Part shown: positions 41,809 to 52,269 of the stretch, one piece after another
Numbering within the stretch: the first letter of the stretch is position 1
How the letters are laid out: every line of letters starts with the position of its first letter
Origin: Candidatus Bathyarchaeota archaeon
GTDB taxonomy: Archaea; Thermoproteota; Bathyarchaeia; Bathyarchaeales; Bathycorpusculaceae
Direction: 5' to 3'
DNA: 64,000 nt
NCBI GenBank assembly: GCA_963715865.1
Contig: OY970280.1
Location: forward strand, 160,001 to 224,000
Made by a program: the position numbers and the translations under genes
The notes under the pieces: generated by a model
What the model was told of the DNA's origin: nothing
What the model saw: only the letters and a program-made list of their open reading frames with translations
Databases searched by the model: none

Positions 41809-42618
41809 CTACCTGCAATGGTTTTTCAGAGACGGCCAATCCGTTTTCTTAACAACAAGCTTGCCCTTCTGATTGCACAGTTTGATTAGGGATTTCTGGA
41901 CTAAAGGCACTTTTTCAGGTTCAATTTCAACTGCCAAATCGCCCCTTGCAACCATTAGTCCGCTAGCGGCATCTAAAATCTCTTCGACGTTTTGGACACC
42001 CTCAGAGTTCTCTATCTTGGCGATTATTCCACCTCCAAAACTATTGGTCTGAGACAAGTTTTTCAAGTCTCTTGCGTTTCGTGCGAAGGAAAGGGCAACG
42101 TATTCGATGTCTTGTTTTTTTGCAAACTTGATGATCTCCAAGTCTTTCTCTGTGAAAGTTGGAACGGAAAGATGCTTGTTAGGAATGTTAACTCCTTTTC
42201 CGTCTTCTATGACGCCGCCGTCCAAGGTTAGAAGCCGAAGTTTTCGATCTTTCTTTTCAACTACCCGTGTTCTAATTTTTCCATTGTCAATGTATACTTC
42301 GTCTTCAACATCCATTTCATCATAGAAATCATGATTGAAGCTGACTTCACCGTCGAAGCCTATTTCCAAAATGTCTCCTTTACTGAAGACCTTTTGTTGA
42401 GTTGCCCTGATTCTGATTTCTGGTCCTTTGATGTCAATTATTATTGGGATATCCGCAACTTCTCGCACTGTCTCTATAACAGATTGATATTGAGCGAGAT
42501 TTCCATAAGCGGTGTTTATCCTTACGCCGTTCATGCCCGCTTGGAACATTTTTTCAATCACTTGCTTTGAAGAGCTAGCTGGACCCACAGTGCATATGAT
42601 CTTTGTTTTCTTCAACAA
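41809..42618 (-). pseudogene. pyk: Truncated second pyruvate kinase (C-terminal ~200 aa missing)
   Basis: Nearly identical to 5042..6418 up to GKLVV (~41852), then unrelated; upstream cacattccaagttaaggttaacggc is shared. Confidence 0.9.
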
Positions 42619-42895
42619 AACATCTTCTCGTTGCCTCTATGATACGGCACATTCCAAGTTAAGGTTAACGGCGAGTTTTTGCGCTGCGCGCGAACTCGTA
42701 CTTTAAGAAACAGTTAGAGTAAACACTTCAAGGTTCTTAAATGGAAAGAATATTGCCAAATTCATACCCGCCATTCTCGTTGTGAGTTAATCTATCCTGC
42801 CTGATTCACTTTGAAAATGTAGCAGTGCCCTCACACTCACAACTTGTTATAAGGCTCTACGCCTATCGTTTTCTATTTCAGGTCGTGCCCATATT

Positions 42896-43255
42896 TTGTC
42901 CAAGACAGCCACAACTAAAAAGCAGCCTACAGAAAAACAAAAAAACCTAAACCTGCTCAATACTGTTACATTTGAAAATGGCTTTCATTTTTTCACAGAA
43001 CTCGGTAAATTCACTGGAATTACGGCAACTAGCACTGTAGAGTTTGCCGAAAAACTCCAAACAGCACCCATTCAATCCGTAACATTCCATTTTCAGCGTC
43101 AAGACTTTCAAAAATGGCTCAAAAACACAATTGGCGATGAAGAACTAGCTACAAGAATTAACCAAATTAAAGCAGGGTTCCAAGATGAAAATTTGAGGAA
43201 CGCGCTTTCTACAACGGTTCAAAATCGCATTGCCGAATTACAGCAACATCCCTAA
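42896..43255 (+). CDS. DUF5752-like protein
   Basis: GFHFFTELGKFTG, SVTFHFQRQDFQKWL. Confidence 0.75.
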   Translation: MSKTATTKKQPTEKQKNLNLLNTVTFENGFHFFTELGKFTGITATSTVEFAEKLQTAPIQSVTFHFQRQDFQKWLKNTIGDEELATRINQIKAGFQDENLRNALSTTVQNRIAELQQHP

Positions 43256-43331
43256 ACATTCTTCTGGATATCAAAAAAACAACATGCCCTTTCCCTTGAA
43301 AGTCAGATGCAATATATTCAACATTAGGTAA

Positions 43332-44336
43332 GTGGAAAAGATGAAAATAGCGTTTTTCGAAGTAGAAGACTGGGAGGAAGAATACCTCAAAAAGAAGCTG
43401 AACGGTCACGTGCTTAAGTTCTCAACTGAAAAACTAAGTTTGGAAAAAACCTCAGAAATAAAAGATTTTGATGCTGTTTCAGTCTTCATCTACTCTAAAA
43501 TAGACGCGCAAATCATTCGTGAAATTCCAGATTTGAAATTAATAACCACAAGGTCCACCGGCTTTGACCATATCGATATAGAAACATGCAAGAAACAGGG
43601 GATCATAATCTGCAATGTTCCTTCATACGGGGAGAACACTGTTGCTGAGCACACGTTTGCTTTGATTTTGTCTTTGTCGAGAAACATGTGCAAGGCATGC
43701 ATTAGACGTTTTGAACAAGATTTCTCAATAGAGGGGTTAGAGGGGTTCGACTTAAAAGGAAAAACCATAGGTGTCATCGGAACAGGTCAAATCGGCTTGC
43801 ACGTCATAAGGATTGCAAAAGGCTTCGGCATGAACGTTGTAGCATATGACGTCCGCCCAAACAAACTCCTATCTGAGGTCTTAGGTTTTGAATATGTTAC
43901 GCTGGAGGACCTTTTAGCTATATCAGACGTAATTACGCTACACGTACCCTACATGAAAGCCACTCATCACCTCATGAACAAAGATACATTCAAACTTGTA
44001 AAGAAAGGCGCCATTCTGATAAACACTGCAAGAGGCAGCATCGTAGACACAGAAGCATTAATCGATGCCCTTGACAAGAAAATTTTGTCCGGCGCTGGAC
44101 TCGACGTCTTTGAAGGTGAAGAAGTTATAAAAGAGGAAAAACAACTTTTATACGACCCTAAAAATCTCGAAGTCTTAACCAGCCTAGTTAAGGATCACAT
44201 TCTGCTAAGCAAAAACAACGTCGTTTTTACTCCTCACATAGCTTTCTACAGCAAAGAAGCCCTAGAAAGAATACTTGAAACAACGGTAGAAAACATAGTT
44301 GCCTTCGTTTCGGGGAACCCACAGAATGTTGTTTGA
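43332..44336 (+). CDS. D-2-hydroxyacid dehydrogenase, D-LDH-like (paralog of 20148..21161)
   Basis: RSTGFDHID, GVIGTGQIG, INTARG, TPHIAFYS. Confidence 0.9.
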   Translation: MEKMKIAFFEVEDWEEEYLKKKLNGHVLKFSTEKLSLEKTSEIKDFDAVSVFIYSKIDAQIIREIPDLKLITTRSTGFDHIDIETCKKQGIIICNVPSYGENTVAEHTFALILSLSRNMCKACIRRFEQDFSIEGLEGFDLKGKTIGVIGTGQIGLHVIRIAKGFGMNVVAYDVRPNKLLSEVLGFEYVTLEDLLAISDVITLHVPYMKATHHLMNKDTFKLVKKGAILINTARGSIVDTEALIDALDKKILSGAGLDVFEGEEVIKEEKQLLYDPKNLEVLTSLVKDHILLSKNNVVFTPHIAFYSKEALERILETTVENIVAFVSGNPQNVV

Positions 44337-44467
44337 CCGTTTTAGAGTGACCAGCGCCTGTCCTCCATTGATTCAAGGAAAAAATGGTTATGAATAGCAT
44401 GCGGTTTGTCTAATCCCAAAATTCAAGTTAGAACCATTAGCTCATGTAAGTATGTCTCAACACATGT

Positions 44468-45040
44468 GTGGTAAATAAAATGGAACACGAAAATCACAAT
44501 ATGCATTCTGGAATGGAACATAAAATGCCTGACCAAACCATGCAGGGAATGAAACATGGATCCTCAGGACATATGATGCACACTGGAATGTTCAAAAAAA
44601 GATTTTTTATTTGCCTCGCGCTTACTATTCCAGTTCTGCTTTTTTCAGAAACCATTCAAACATGGTTTCATTTCACAATTACCACACCCTATCAAACGTG
44701 CATTCTTCTAGTTTTAGCCACAATCATTTACGTCTATGGCGGTTGGCCCTTCTTAAAAGGGCTAACGGAAGAACTGAGAAAGCTTCAGCCGGGAATGATG
44801 ACGCTTATAGGCACGGCAATATCGGTGGCTTTTTTCTTTTCAGCGGCAACCGTGTTTTTCCCTGTTGGAAACGACTTCTTCTGGGAACTCGCAACCCTAA
44901 TTGATGTAATGCCCACAGAGCGACAAATGAAACATATGCTTAAGAAGACAGGTTTTGGAAGAATACATGTAACGGATAAGCCTATACTTTACCTTTGTGT
45001 ATCTACCAAGCTTAAGGGTATGATAATTAAAGTTAGTTAG
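44468..45040 (+). pseudogene. N-terminal fragment of a CopB-type (P1B-3) Cu ATPase fused to an unrelated tail
   Basis: His/Met-rich N-terminus, GGWPFLKG, PGMMTLI, FFWELATLIDVM; stops before the catalytic domains. Confidence 0.85.
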
Positions 45041-46353
45041 GTAGCGGGCTTTATCTTTTGCTCTCTAAGTTCTTCAGCAGTGTACTCTCTAATTATGCCA
45101 TGGATGCCCTTGCTTATTATCCACGTAAAGACATAGGATAATACAAAAACTGTAACGAGAACTACTGGTATAGCAAGCAATTGCAGCCCAAGTTGATGCA
45201 CGGCTTGCATTCCACCACCAAATAATAGACCATTTGGTAGACCAGAGCCGCCTCCAAAAGAAGCGTATGAATACTGCGAAAAGAACGCAACCATAATAAA
45301 ACCAAATATACCACCAAGAAAGTGACCTGGAAAAAGACCAACTGGATCAGTAAACCATTTGGCTCTTTGAAATAATTTCTCGCCTAAAATGAATACAATT
45401 GAGCCTAATATTCCAAGAATTACTGCGCTACCTGGACCAACGTAACCGGCGACAGGAGTAATCACGATTAAACCGATGAGTATACCGTTTGCAGCATACA
45501 TTATACTAGGCATTTTTCTTATTTCAAGGTACTTGAAAAACATGGTAAATAAGAAGCCAGTTGAAGCAGCCAAGAAAGTGATCAAAACCACAATGTAGGA
45601 TTGGATATTTAGCGCTAATGTGCTTCCTGGATTGAAACCAAACCAGCCGAGCCAAAGCAGAAGAATTGACAAGGCTATCCATGGCGTGTTTGGCTTAGGC
45701 AGCACTTGTGGGCTTTCACGGAATCCTTTCTTTTTTTCCTCTTGCCAAACTCTTAAAACAATGGCTAAGCCTGCTGCCCCTGCAGCTCCATGAACAACCA
45801 ATCCGCCTGCAAAATCTCTTACGCCCATCACGTAGAGCCATCCTTGCGGGTTCCATATCCAAGCAGCTGGCAATGCCCAAATGAGGATGAAGTAGGGAAT
45901 TGAATAAAGAAAGAAAGCTTCCAGCTTCATTTTTCTTAAAAAAATTACGCCAACTAACGCAAGGGTTACTGTAGCGAAAGCTGTTTCAAAGAAAAAATAA
46001 GAAGGAAGAGTAACTAGATTGTCAAAATATTTAGGACCCATTGACCACCAAACTTGCGTAAATATATCCGCAGAATTGCTTTGGAAACCACCCATGAACG
46101 GGAAATTATAGAGTGGATTGCCCATTAAGCCCCCGCCGATTGTGGGTGCAAAGGCAACGCTAAAGCCGAGAAATGCCATGAAAAAGAAGCCTGAGCATGA
46201 TATCATAATGTTCTTCATTAAGGCTCTATTGGAACCTTTGCCAAGTTCTCCTCTCTCCAGTATTCCAACTGAAATGGTCATTAGGAAAACAAGGACGCCG
46301 CATATCAAAACCCAAAGGTTATTGAAGAGATTTTCTGCTGGAAGAGAAGACAT
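45037..46353 (-). CDS. amt: Ammonium transporter (Amt)
   Basis: FFETAFA, DFAGGLVVH, WLGWFGFNPGS, DPVGLFPGH (twin His). Confidence 0.93.
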   Translation of the reverse strand: MSSLPAENLFNNLWVLICGVLVFLMTISVGILERGELGKGSNRALMKNIMISCSGFFFMAFLGFSVAFAPTIGGGLMGNPLYNFPFMGGFQSNSADIFTQVWWSMGPKYFDNLVTLPSYFFFETAFATVTLALVGVIFLRKMKLEAFFLYSIPYFILIWALPAAWIWNPQGWLYVMGVRDFAGGLVVHGAAGAAGLAIVLRVWQEEKKKGFRESPQVLPKPNTPWIALSILLLWLGWFGFNPGSTLALNIQSYIVVLITFLAASTGFLFTMFFKYLEIRKMPSIMYAANGILIGLIVITPVAGYVGPGSAVILGILGSIVFILGEKLFQRAKWFTDPVGLFPGHFLGGIFGFIMVAFFSQYSYASFGGGSGLPNGLLFGGGMQAVHQLGLQLLAIPVVLVTVFVLSYVFTWIISKGIHGIIREYTAEELREQKIKPAT

Positions 46354-46384
46354 ATCGACATCACTCCACTAAGCTAATCAGGTA

Positions 46385-47533
46385 CTATAGTAGTACCATT
46401 GCAAAATGATTGATTAACGGCATAAGCACTGGAGCACCGCCACTTGCTAAAATAACTATTTGCGCTGGAGCTATTGAAGGAAAAACGTGTGCGCTCAACT
46501 CTATAAGCCAAGCAGTGAACACAAACGGTCCAGTTAAGGTTGGCAGATTGAAACGTCCTGTTATTGTTCCCATGAAAGCCGTCACTATAGTCGAGAAAGC
46601 CGTGGCGAAAAGCATGACTAAGAAGTTAATTGGTGCGCCATTGAAGGGACTTATTGGCCAGAGGAATCCAACAAAGACCCCCATGACGGCCAAGGCTGTT
46701 AAGGTTCCGTTAAAACCGTACAGCCCAATTAGGACAGAGGATCTATCAGCTTTGAAAGCAATCGCGGCTAAGGTTGCAGAAAGAGTACCTATGAATGCTG
46801 TGATTCCAGCAAAGTATATTGGATATTGCACTGGGAACCCATAAGGGTTTAATGGAATAGTGGCGACAGTTAATCCAATGAAAATTAAAACTCCTGTCTT
46901 CCAGTTTTCCTGAAAGAATACTTGAGCGATGCCTGTAAAGACCAATTTTACAAAGCCACCCGCTGTGAATTCACTTAATCGCAGGGGCTCTTTTTTCTCT
47001 GTGTCTTGAGGATTTTTAAGTAATGTGCTTCTTTGTTTTGGCGCAGGCGGAGGTCCAGCCAACTTCATGTTGGAAAACTTGTGAGCTGCAAACAGGAAAA
47101 TCCAAGTTGTTAGTACAAATGCTGAAGTTTCAACAGGAAGGCCAAAAATTTTAGTGAACCAAATTAACGAGGCAGTAATAAAACCAGTTATAAGAGCGCC
47201 TATAACGGCTGCGGTTGTTGCTGATCTTCCTTTCTCAAGGAATGTATCGCCTAAGGCAATAGCCGTTAAAACCGAGTTAAACCCAAATATTCCATAAGTT
47301 AGCGCATTGTCAGGCGAAGACAAAGAAACTGGAACCAACTCTATGCCTAGAGCTAAACCAACCAAACTACCTGCTATTGACCCAATGACAGCAAAGGCAG
47401 CCGCCCTTTTTGAGTTAATAGCAAGAGCAATTACAAAGATAATTCCAACTAAAGGTGAACCCATAAAGAAAACTTGCGCAACTCCATTAAGAATAAAATT
47501 TATGGTTCCTGAAATTGGATCCAAAAAAATCAC
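46385..47533 (-). CDS. UT-family urea transporter
   Basis: Duplicated motif GVAQVFF...GIFGFNSVL / GIAQVFF...GLYGFNGTL. Confidence 0.9.
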   Translation of the reverse strand: MIFLDPISGTINFILNGVAQVFFMGSPLVGIIFVIALAINSKRAAAFAVIGSIAGSLVGLALGIELVPVSLSSPDNALTYGIFGFNSVLTAIALGDTFLEKGRSATTAAVIGALITGFITASLIWFTKIFGLPVETSAFVLTTWIFLFAAHKFSNMKLAGPPPAPKQRSTLLKNPQDTEKKEPLRLSEFTAGGFVKLVFTGIAQVFFQENWKTGVLIFIGLTVATIPLNPYGFPVQYPIYFAGITAFIGTLSATLAAIAFKADRSSVLIGLYGFNGTLTALAVMGVFVGFLWPISPFNGAPINFLVMLFATAFSTIVTAFMGTITGRFNLPTLTGPFVFTAWLIELSAHVFPSIAPAQIVILASGGAPVLMPLINHFAMVLL

Positions 47534-47560
47534 TCACTAGAAAAAATTGTGGCAAGCAAG

Positions 47561-47604
47561 TTTATAGTTTTGTTGTTGTCTTTGCACAACAACATAGTTT
47601 TAAA
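47561..47604. promoter_or_regulatory. Divergent promoter with a perfect 9-6-9 palindrome between two TATA boxes
   Basis: tttatag(47561)...tgttgttgt-ctttgc-acaacaaca (47571..47594)...ttttaaa(47598). Confidence 0.7.
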
Positions 47605-47653
47605 CCTCTTTCTGAAAATTTGTCTAGTGCTGTTTTTAAATAGGGTGAAAAAA

Positions 47654-47977
47654 ATGAAGTTAGTAGCGCGTGAAGTAGAAAAAATGATGATTTTCACTGC
47701 TGCACAAATGGCTGAGAGAAGACGTAAAGACGGGCTAAAACTGAATTATCCTGAATCGGTTGCAATCATAGCTGATTTTGTTCAAGAAGGAGCTAGAAGA
47801 GGCGTAATGGTAGCTAAAATAGCCAAAGATGCTAGGCATGTTTTGACGATGGATGACGTGATGCCCAACGTAGCGGATATGATAACTTTGGTGCAGGTAG
47901 AGGCAACATTTCCAGACGGAACCAAACTAGTAAGCGTACATAACCCAATCCAACCAAAGGAGGAAGACAAAAAATGA
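47654..47977 (+). CDS. ureA: Urease gamma subunit
   Basis: [38 protein letters not shown]; RBS agggtga. Confidence 0.97.
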   Translation: MKLVAREVEKMMIFTAAQMAERRRKDGLKLNYPESVAIIADFVQEGARRGVMVAKIAKDARHVLTMDDVMPNVADMITLVQVEATFPDGTKLVSVHNPIQPKEEDKK

Positions 47978-48351
47978 CCCCAAACACAGTAGGCCAAATA
48001 ACCCTTGGACAAGGAGACATAGAGGCATTCCAAAATAGAAAATCAATTAAATTGAAAGTAAAAAATACTGGTGACAGGGGAATCCAAGTAGGTTCGCACT
48101 TCCACTTTTTTGAGGCGAACAGGGCATTAGAATTCGAGAGAGAAAAGGCATATGGCATGAAACTCGCCATTCCATCAGGCACGAGCGTAAGATTTGAACC
48201 AGGCCAAGAAAAAGAAGTCACGCTTGTCGAATACGGAGGCAAAAAATACGTTCATGGATTCAACAACCTCGTCGACGGTAGCGTACGGACCATATACCGA
48301 AAAGATATGGCACTTAGAAAAGCCAAGGAACTAAAATTCAAAGGAGCGTGA
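47974..48351 (+). CDS. ureB: Urease beta subunit
   Basis: [28 protein letters not shown]. Confidence 0.97.
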   Translation: MTPNTVGQITLGQGDIEAFQNRKSIKLKVKNTGDRGIQVGSHFHFFEANRALEFEREKAYGMKLAIPSGTSVRFEPGQEKEVTLVEYGGKKYVHGFNNLVDGSVRTIYRKDMALRKAKELKFKGA

Positions 48352-50072
48352 AAAAAATGAAAATTCCAAGAAAACAATATTTAGACTTGTATGGCCCCAC
48401 AAAAGGCGATAAAATCCAATTAGCAGACACAAACTTGGTCATTGAAGTAGAAAAGGATTGTACGTCTTTCGGCGATGAGTTGGTCTTCGGCGGTGGAAAG
48501 AGCGCTAGACAAGGAATGGGTTTATCGGATGGCACCACACAGGCAGATGGAGCTCTTGACCATGTTATCACCAACGTTGTAGTGTTGGATGCAATATTGG
48601 GTGTTGTAAAAGCTGACATAGGCATTAGAAACGGGATTATCGCTGGAATTGGAAAGTCTGGAAATCCAAACACGATGGATAACGTCACTGAAAACTTGGT
48701 GGTAAGTAACTCCACCGAAATAACCGCTGGAGAAGGACTGATAGCTACCGCTGGCTTCTTTGATACACATGTACACATGATATCTCCACAGCAAGTATTC
48801 CATGCCATAGGAAACGGCATTACAACATACGTTGGTGGAGGCACAGGACCTGCCGACGGAACAAACGCGACCACCTGCACACCAGGACCTTGGAACATGA
48901 GAAAAATGATTGAAGCAATTGAAGGATTACCCATCAACTGGCTAATCTTGGGTAAAGCTAACGATAGCAGAAAAGAAACGTTAGTTGAAGAACTTGCCGC
49001 AGGCGCTGGAGGATTTAAAATGCATGAAGACTGGGGCGCGACTAGGGCATCTTTGGACACCGGTTTAAGTGTTGCAGACGAATATGACGTTCAAATAGCG
49101 ATACACACGGATTCACTCAACGAGGGAGGCTATGTTGACGATACTATAGACGCGATAGATGGAAGGACTGTACACACCTATCATACAGAAGGCGCAGGAG
49201 GAGGACATGCTCCAGATATAATGAAAATAGCTGGAGAACCAAACGCATTACCATCCTCAACAAACCCAACAAGACCATACACCGTCAATACCATAGATGA
49301 ACATCTCGACATGGTCATGGTAACCCACCACCTTAACCCAAAAGTTCCAGAAGACGTCGCCTTTGCCGAATCAAGAATCAGAGCCGAAACCATAGCCGCG
49401 GAAGATGTATTCCATGATTGGGGCATTCTTAGCATGTATTCAGCTGATAGCCAAGCAATGGGCAGAACAGGAGAAGTTTCAACCAGATGCTGGCAGACTG
49501 CACACAAAATGAAAGCACAGTTTGGCAAACTACCTGAAGACGCCCCCGGAAATGACAACTTTAGAGTTTTGAGATACTTAGCCAAGCTTAACATAAATCC
49601 AGCAATAACCAACGGCGTTTCCGATTACGTAGGCAGTCTTGAAAAAGGAAAAATGGCTGACATAGTACTATGGGACCCAAGATTCTTTGGGGCAAAGCCA
49701 AACATAGTTTTCAAGGGAGGCTTCATAGCCTACGCAATGATGGGCGACCCCAATGCTTCAGTTCCACCAGTCGAGCCGATATTTTTCAGACCAATGTTTG
49801 GGGGATTCGGTTTAGCAAGATTGACAACATCGGCACTATTCACATCAAAATTAGCAATTGAAAATGGCATCAAAGAGAAATACGGCATACAACGCCAAGT
49901 TCTACCGGTACACAACGTCAGAAACTTAGGCAAACAGCACATGATACGGAATAGCACACTCGGCGAAATAAAGATTGATCCTGAAACCTACAAGGTCACT
50001 TTCAACGGTAAGATGGTAACGTGTGAACCTGCAAAGGAATTGCCATTAACTCAGCTCTATCATCTAGTATAG
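48348..50072 (+). CDS. ureC: Urease alpha (catalytic) subunit
   Basis: [46 protein letters not shown]. Confidence 0.98.
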   Translation: MKKMKIPRKQYLDLYGPTKGDKIQLADTNLVIEVEKDCTSFGDELVFGGGKSARQGMGLSDGTTQADGALDHVITNVVVLDAILGVVKADIGIRNGIIAGIGKSGNPNTMDNVTENLVVSNSTEITAGEGLIATAGFFDTHVHMISPQQVFHAIGNGITTYVGGGTGPADGTNATTCTPGPWNMRKMIEAIEGLPINWLILGKANDSRKETLVEELAAGAGGFKMHEDWGATRASLDTGLSVADEYDVQIAIHTDSLNEGGYVDDTIDAIDGRTVHTYHTEGAGGGHAPDIMKIAGEPNALPSSTNPTRPYTVNTIDEHLDMVMVTHHLNPKVPEDVAFAESRIRAETIAAEDVFHDWGILSMYSADSQAMGRTGEVSTRCWQTAHKMKAQFGKLPEDAPGNDNFRVLRYLAKLNINPAITNGVSDYVGSLEKGKMADIVLWDPRFFGAKPNIVFKGGFIAYAMMGDPNASVPPVEPIFFRPMFGGFGLARLTTSALFTSKLAIENGIKEKYGIQRQVLPVHNVRNLGKQHMIRNSTLGEIKIDPETYKVTFNGKMVTCEPAKELPLTQLYHLV

Positions 50073-50109
50073 ATGCTGAGTCTTCCATCCTTTTTTTGGA
50101 GCGCTTGAT

Positions 50110-50442
50110 TTGATTAGACATTTTACATTAATTTCTAATGTGAAAAACGGAGAGGTAATTGACCCCAAAAAAGTTAAGCATGGAGAAGTTACCGCTCTTA
50201 AAATTTCAAATCTTTCCGGTTGGATTGATCAACAAACCCATTTAAATTTAGATTTTCCCAAACATCTGATGCGAGAAGTGTACATAGCAGAGAACTTAGA
50301 CATCGGCAGCAAGGTAATACTTGAGGACGAAAGGTTTATGACAGCTCTTGTGAATCCTCTAGCATACAAGCATTTTGGCTTTGTTGATGAAGCCGAAAGA
50401 GCAGAACAGCTTAAAGAAGCTATTTTGAATAAAGGTAAATAA
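50110..50442 (+). CDS. Uncharacterised protein inside the urease operon (orfX)
   Basis: 110 aa ORF filling the gap between ureC and ureE; no recognised motif. Confidence 0.65.
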   Translation: MIRHFTLISNVKNGEVIDPKKVKHGEVTALKISNLSGWIDQQTHLNLDFPKHLMREVYIAENLDIGSKVILEDERFMTALVNPLAYKHFGFVDEAERAEQLKEAILNKGK

Positions 50443-50457
50443 AAAGAGACGGCTATT

Positions 50458-50937
50458 ATGATTCTTTTCGAAAAATTAGCAAGTCAAATCAACGTCGAAA
50501 AGACTAAAGAAGTCACAACTAATAGGCAAGATGCAATGAGAGGTAGAGTAAGAACTAAGTTAAGCGACGGAGAAGACCTAATAATTAATTTACCGAGAGG
50601 CCAATCTATAGGGCAAGGTGACATTTTCGGGCCTTCAGAAAAAGGAGACTATTATAAAATATTGATCGAACCTGAACTTGTAATAAAGGTGACTTTAGAC
50701 GAAACACAAAGCAATAATCTTCTAGAAAAAGCAGTAAAATTAGGTTACAATTTAGGTAATCGGCATCTTGAGGTTTTGATAGAAGATGACGCTGTATTTG
50801 TTCCAGTTACGATAGGAGAAGTAAAGGTCAGGAAAATACTGGAATCCATGAAGTTGCCAATTAGCTTCGAATCGGTTCAAAAGGTAATATCAACATCGTC
50901 AGCAGGATATCATCCAGGAGAACTGGAAGAGGAATAA
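50458..50937 (+). CDS. ureE: Urease accessory protein UreE
   Basis: RGRVRTKLSDGEDLII.LPRG, LGYNLGNRHL; no poly-His tail. Confidence 0.9.
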   Translation: MILFEKLASQINVEKTKEVTTNRQDAMRGRVRTKLSDGEDLIINLPRGQSIGQGDIFGPSEKGDYYKILIEPELVIKVTLDETQSNNLLEKAVKLGYNLGNRHLEVLIEDDAVFVPVTIGEVKVRKILESMKLPISFESVQKVISTSSAGYHPGELEEE

Positions 50938-50939
50938 TT

Positions 50940-51608
50940 TTGACTGAAAACGAGAAAATTTTAAATCTACTAAGAATGTCTGATTCATTTTTCCCGATGG
51001 GCTCATTCACCATGTCACAAGGCATGGAACAGATAATAAATGACAATTTGTTACCTAAAGAAAAAGTTGCCAAAACTATAAACATTTACATGGATAAGGT
51101 TTGGAAAACATTCGACCTTGGCATTTTCTACAAAGCGCTAGAAGCAGTCGAAAAGGGAGATATTGAATTACTAAAAAAAATCGATAAAATTTGTTATTGT
51201 TCTAAAGTTACTGAAGAAAATAGGTCAGCCATCGTTAAGATGGGAAGAGGCATGATGAACGCGACGGAATTTAATGATGATTCGATAGGAAAAGCCTACA
51301 AAGACCTAATCAAGGCTGATGCGGCTTATGGAACATACCCAGTTGTTTTAGCGCTTGCTTCAATTCAGTTTAGCTATAAAGATTTAGGTGGTTTATCGCT
51401 TTTGTACGTTAACCTGATGGAAGTCACTGCTTCTTTAGTGAGAATGGGCATAATCGATTACATAGAAGCCCAAAAGATTCTGAGTAACGCTGTAACATCA
51501 ATTCAGGTAAAGCCTCTAAAGTTAACTGATTTACACCAATCTTTTCCATTAGCTGACATCGCCTCGATGAGGCACGAGTTAAGTCCGAGCAGAATGTTCA
51601 TGAGTTAA
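50940..51608 (+). CDS. ureF: Urease accessory protein UreF
   Basis: SDSFFPMGSFTMSQGMEQ, DIASMRHE, RMFMS. Confidence 0.92.
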   Translation: MTENEKILNLLRMSDSFFPMGSFTMSQGMEQIINDNLLPKEKVAKTINIYMDKVWKTFDLGIFYKALEAVEKGDIELLKKIDKICYCSKVTEENRSAIVKMGRGMMNATEFNDDSIGKAYKDLIKADAAYGTYPVVLALASIQFSYKDLGGLSLLYVNLMEVTASLVRMGIIDYIEAQKILSNAVTSIQVKPLKLTDLHQSFPLADIASMRHELSPSRMFMS

Positions 51609-51624
51609 AAAAGGAGACTATGAA

Positions 51625-52269
51625 ATGAGTAGAACCGTTAGAATTGGAATAGGCGGCGCAATAGGCTGCGGAAAAACCCAACTAATTGAGAAACTAGTCC
51701 CAAAGCTAGTTGAGCAAGGCTTCAAGGTTGGAGCAATATCAAACGATGTTTACTCCAAAGAAGACGCTCGACGACTTGCAGCAAGACTTGGCAAAAACAT
51801 AGATCCAAATCTCATTGTAGGAATAGAAACAGGAGGATGCCCACATACTGCCGTGAGAGATGACCCTTCAATGAACATTGACGCAGCCGAGCATCTGGAG
51901 AAAGAAAATCCAGGCTTAGATCTCATCTTAATAGAATCTGGCGGAGACAACATAACCCTAACTTTTAGTCCAAAATTGGCAGACTTCTTCATCTATATGG
52001 TAGACGTTGCGGGAGGAGACAAAACGATAAGGAAAGGGGGGTTAGGAATTAAAAAAGCCGATTTATTATTGATCAACAAAATAGACTTGGCTCCTTACGT
52101 TGAATCTACGATCCTAGAATCAGGCGTGAAGACAGCCAACCTTGACCTTATGATGCAAGATGCAAAGAAACTAAGAGGCGACAAACCCACTGTCTTGCTG
52201 TCTCTAAAAGATGGGACAGGAGTAGATGAAGTGGTAAAAATAATAAGAGAAAAGGCGCTGTTCAAATGA
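51625..52269 (+). CDS. ureG: Urease accessory GTPase UreG
   Basis: GGAIGCGKT, ETGGCPH, ESGGDN, NKIDL. Confidence 0.96.
   Translation: MSRTVRIGIGGAIGCGKTQLIEKLVPKLVEQGFKVGAISNDVYSKEDARRLAARLGKNIDPNLIVGIETGGCPHTAVRDDPSMNIDAAEHLEKENPGLDLILIESGGDNITLTFSPKLADFFIYMVDVAGGDKTIRKGGLGIKKADLLLINKIDLAPYVESTILESGVKTANLDLMMQDAKKLRGDKPTVLLSLKDGTGVDEVVKIIREKALFK

Noticed and set aside
47549-47653. Extended UreA N-terminus from the ORF track
   Set aside because: It overlaps the promoter; MKL at 47654 with an RBS matches known UreA starts
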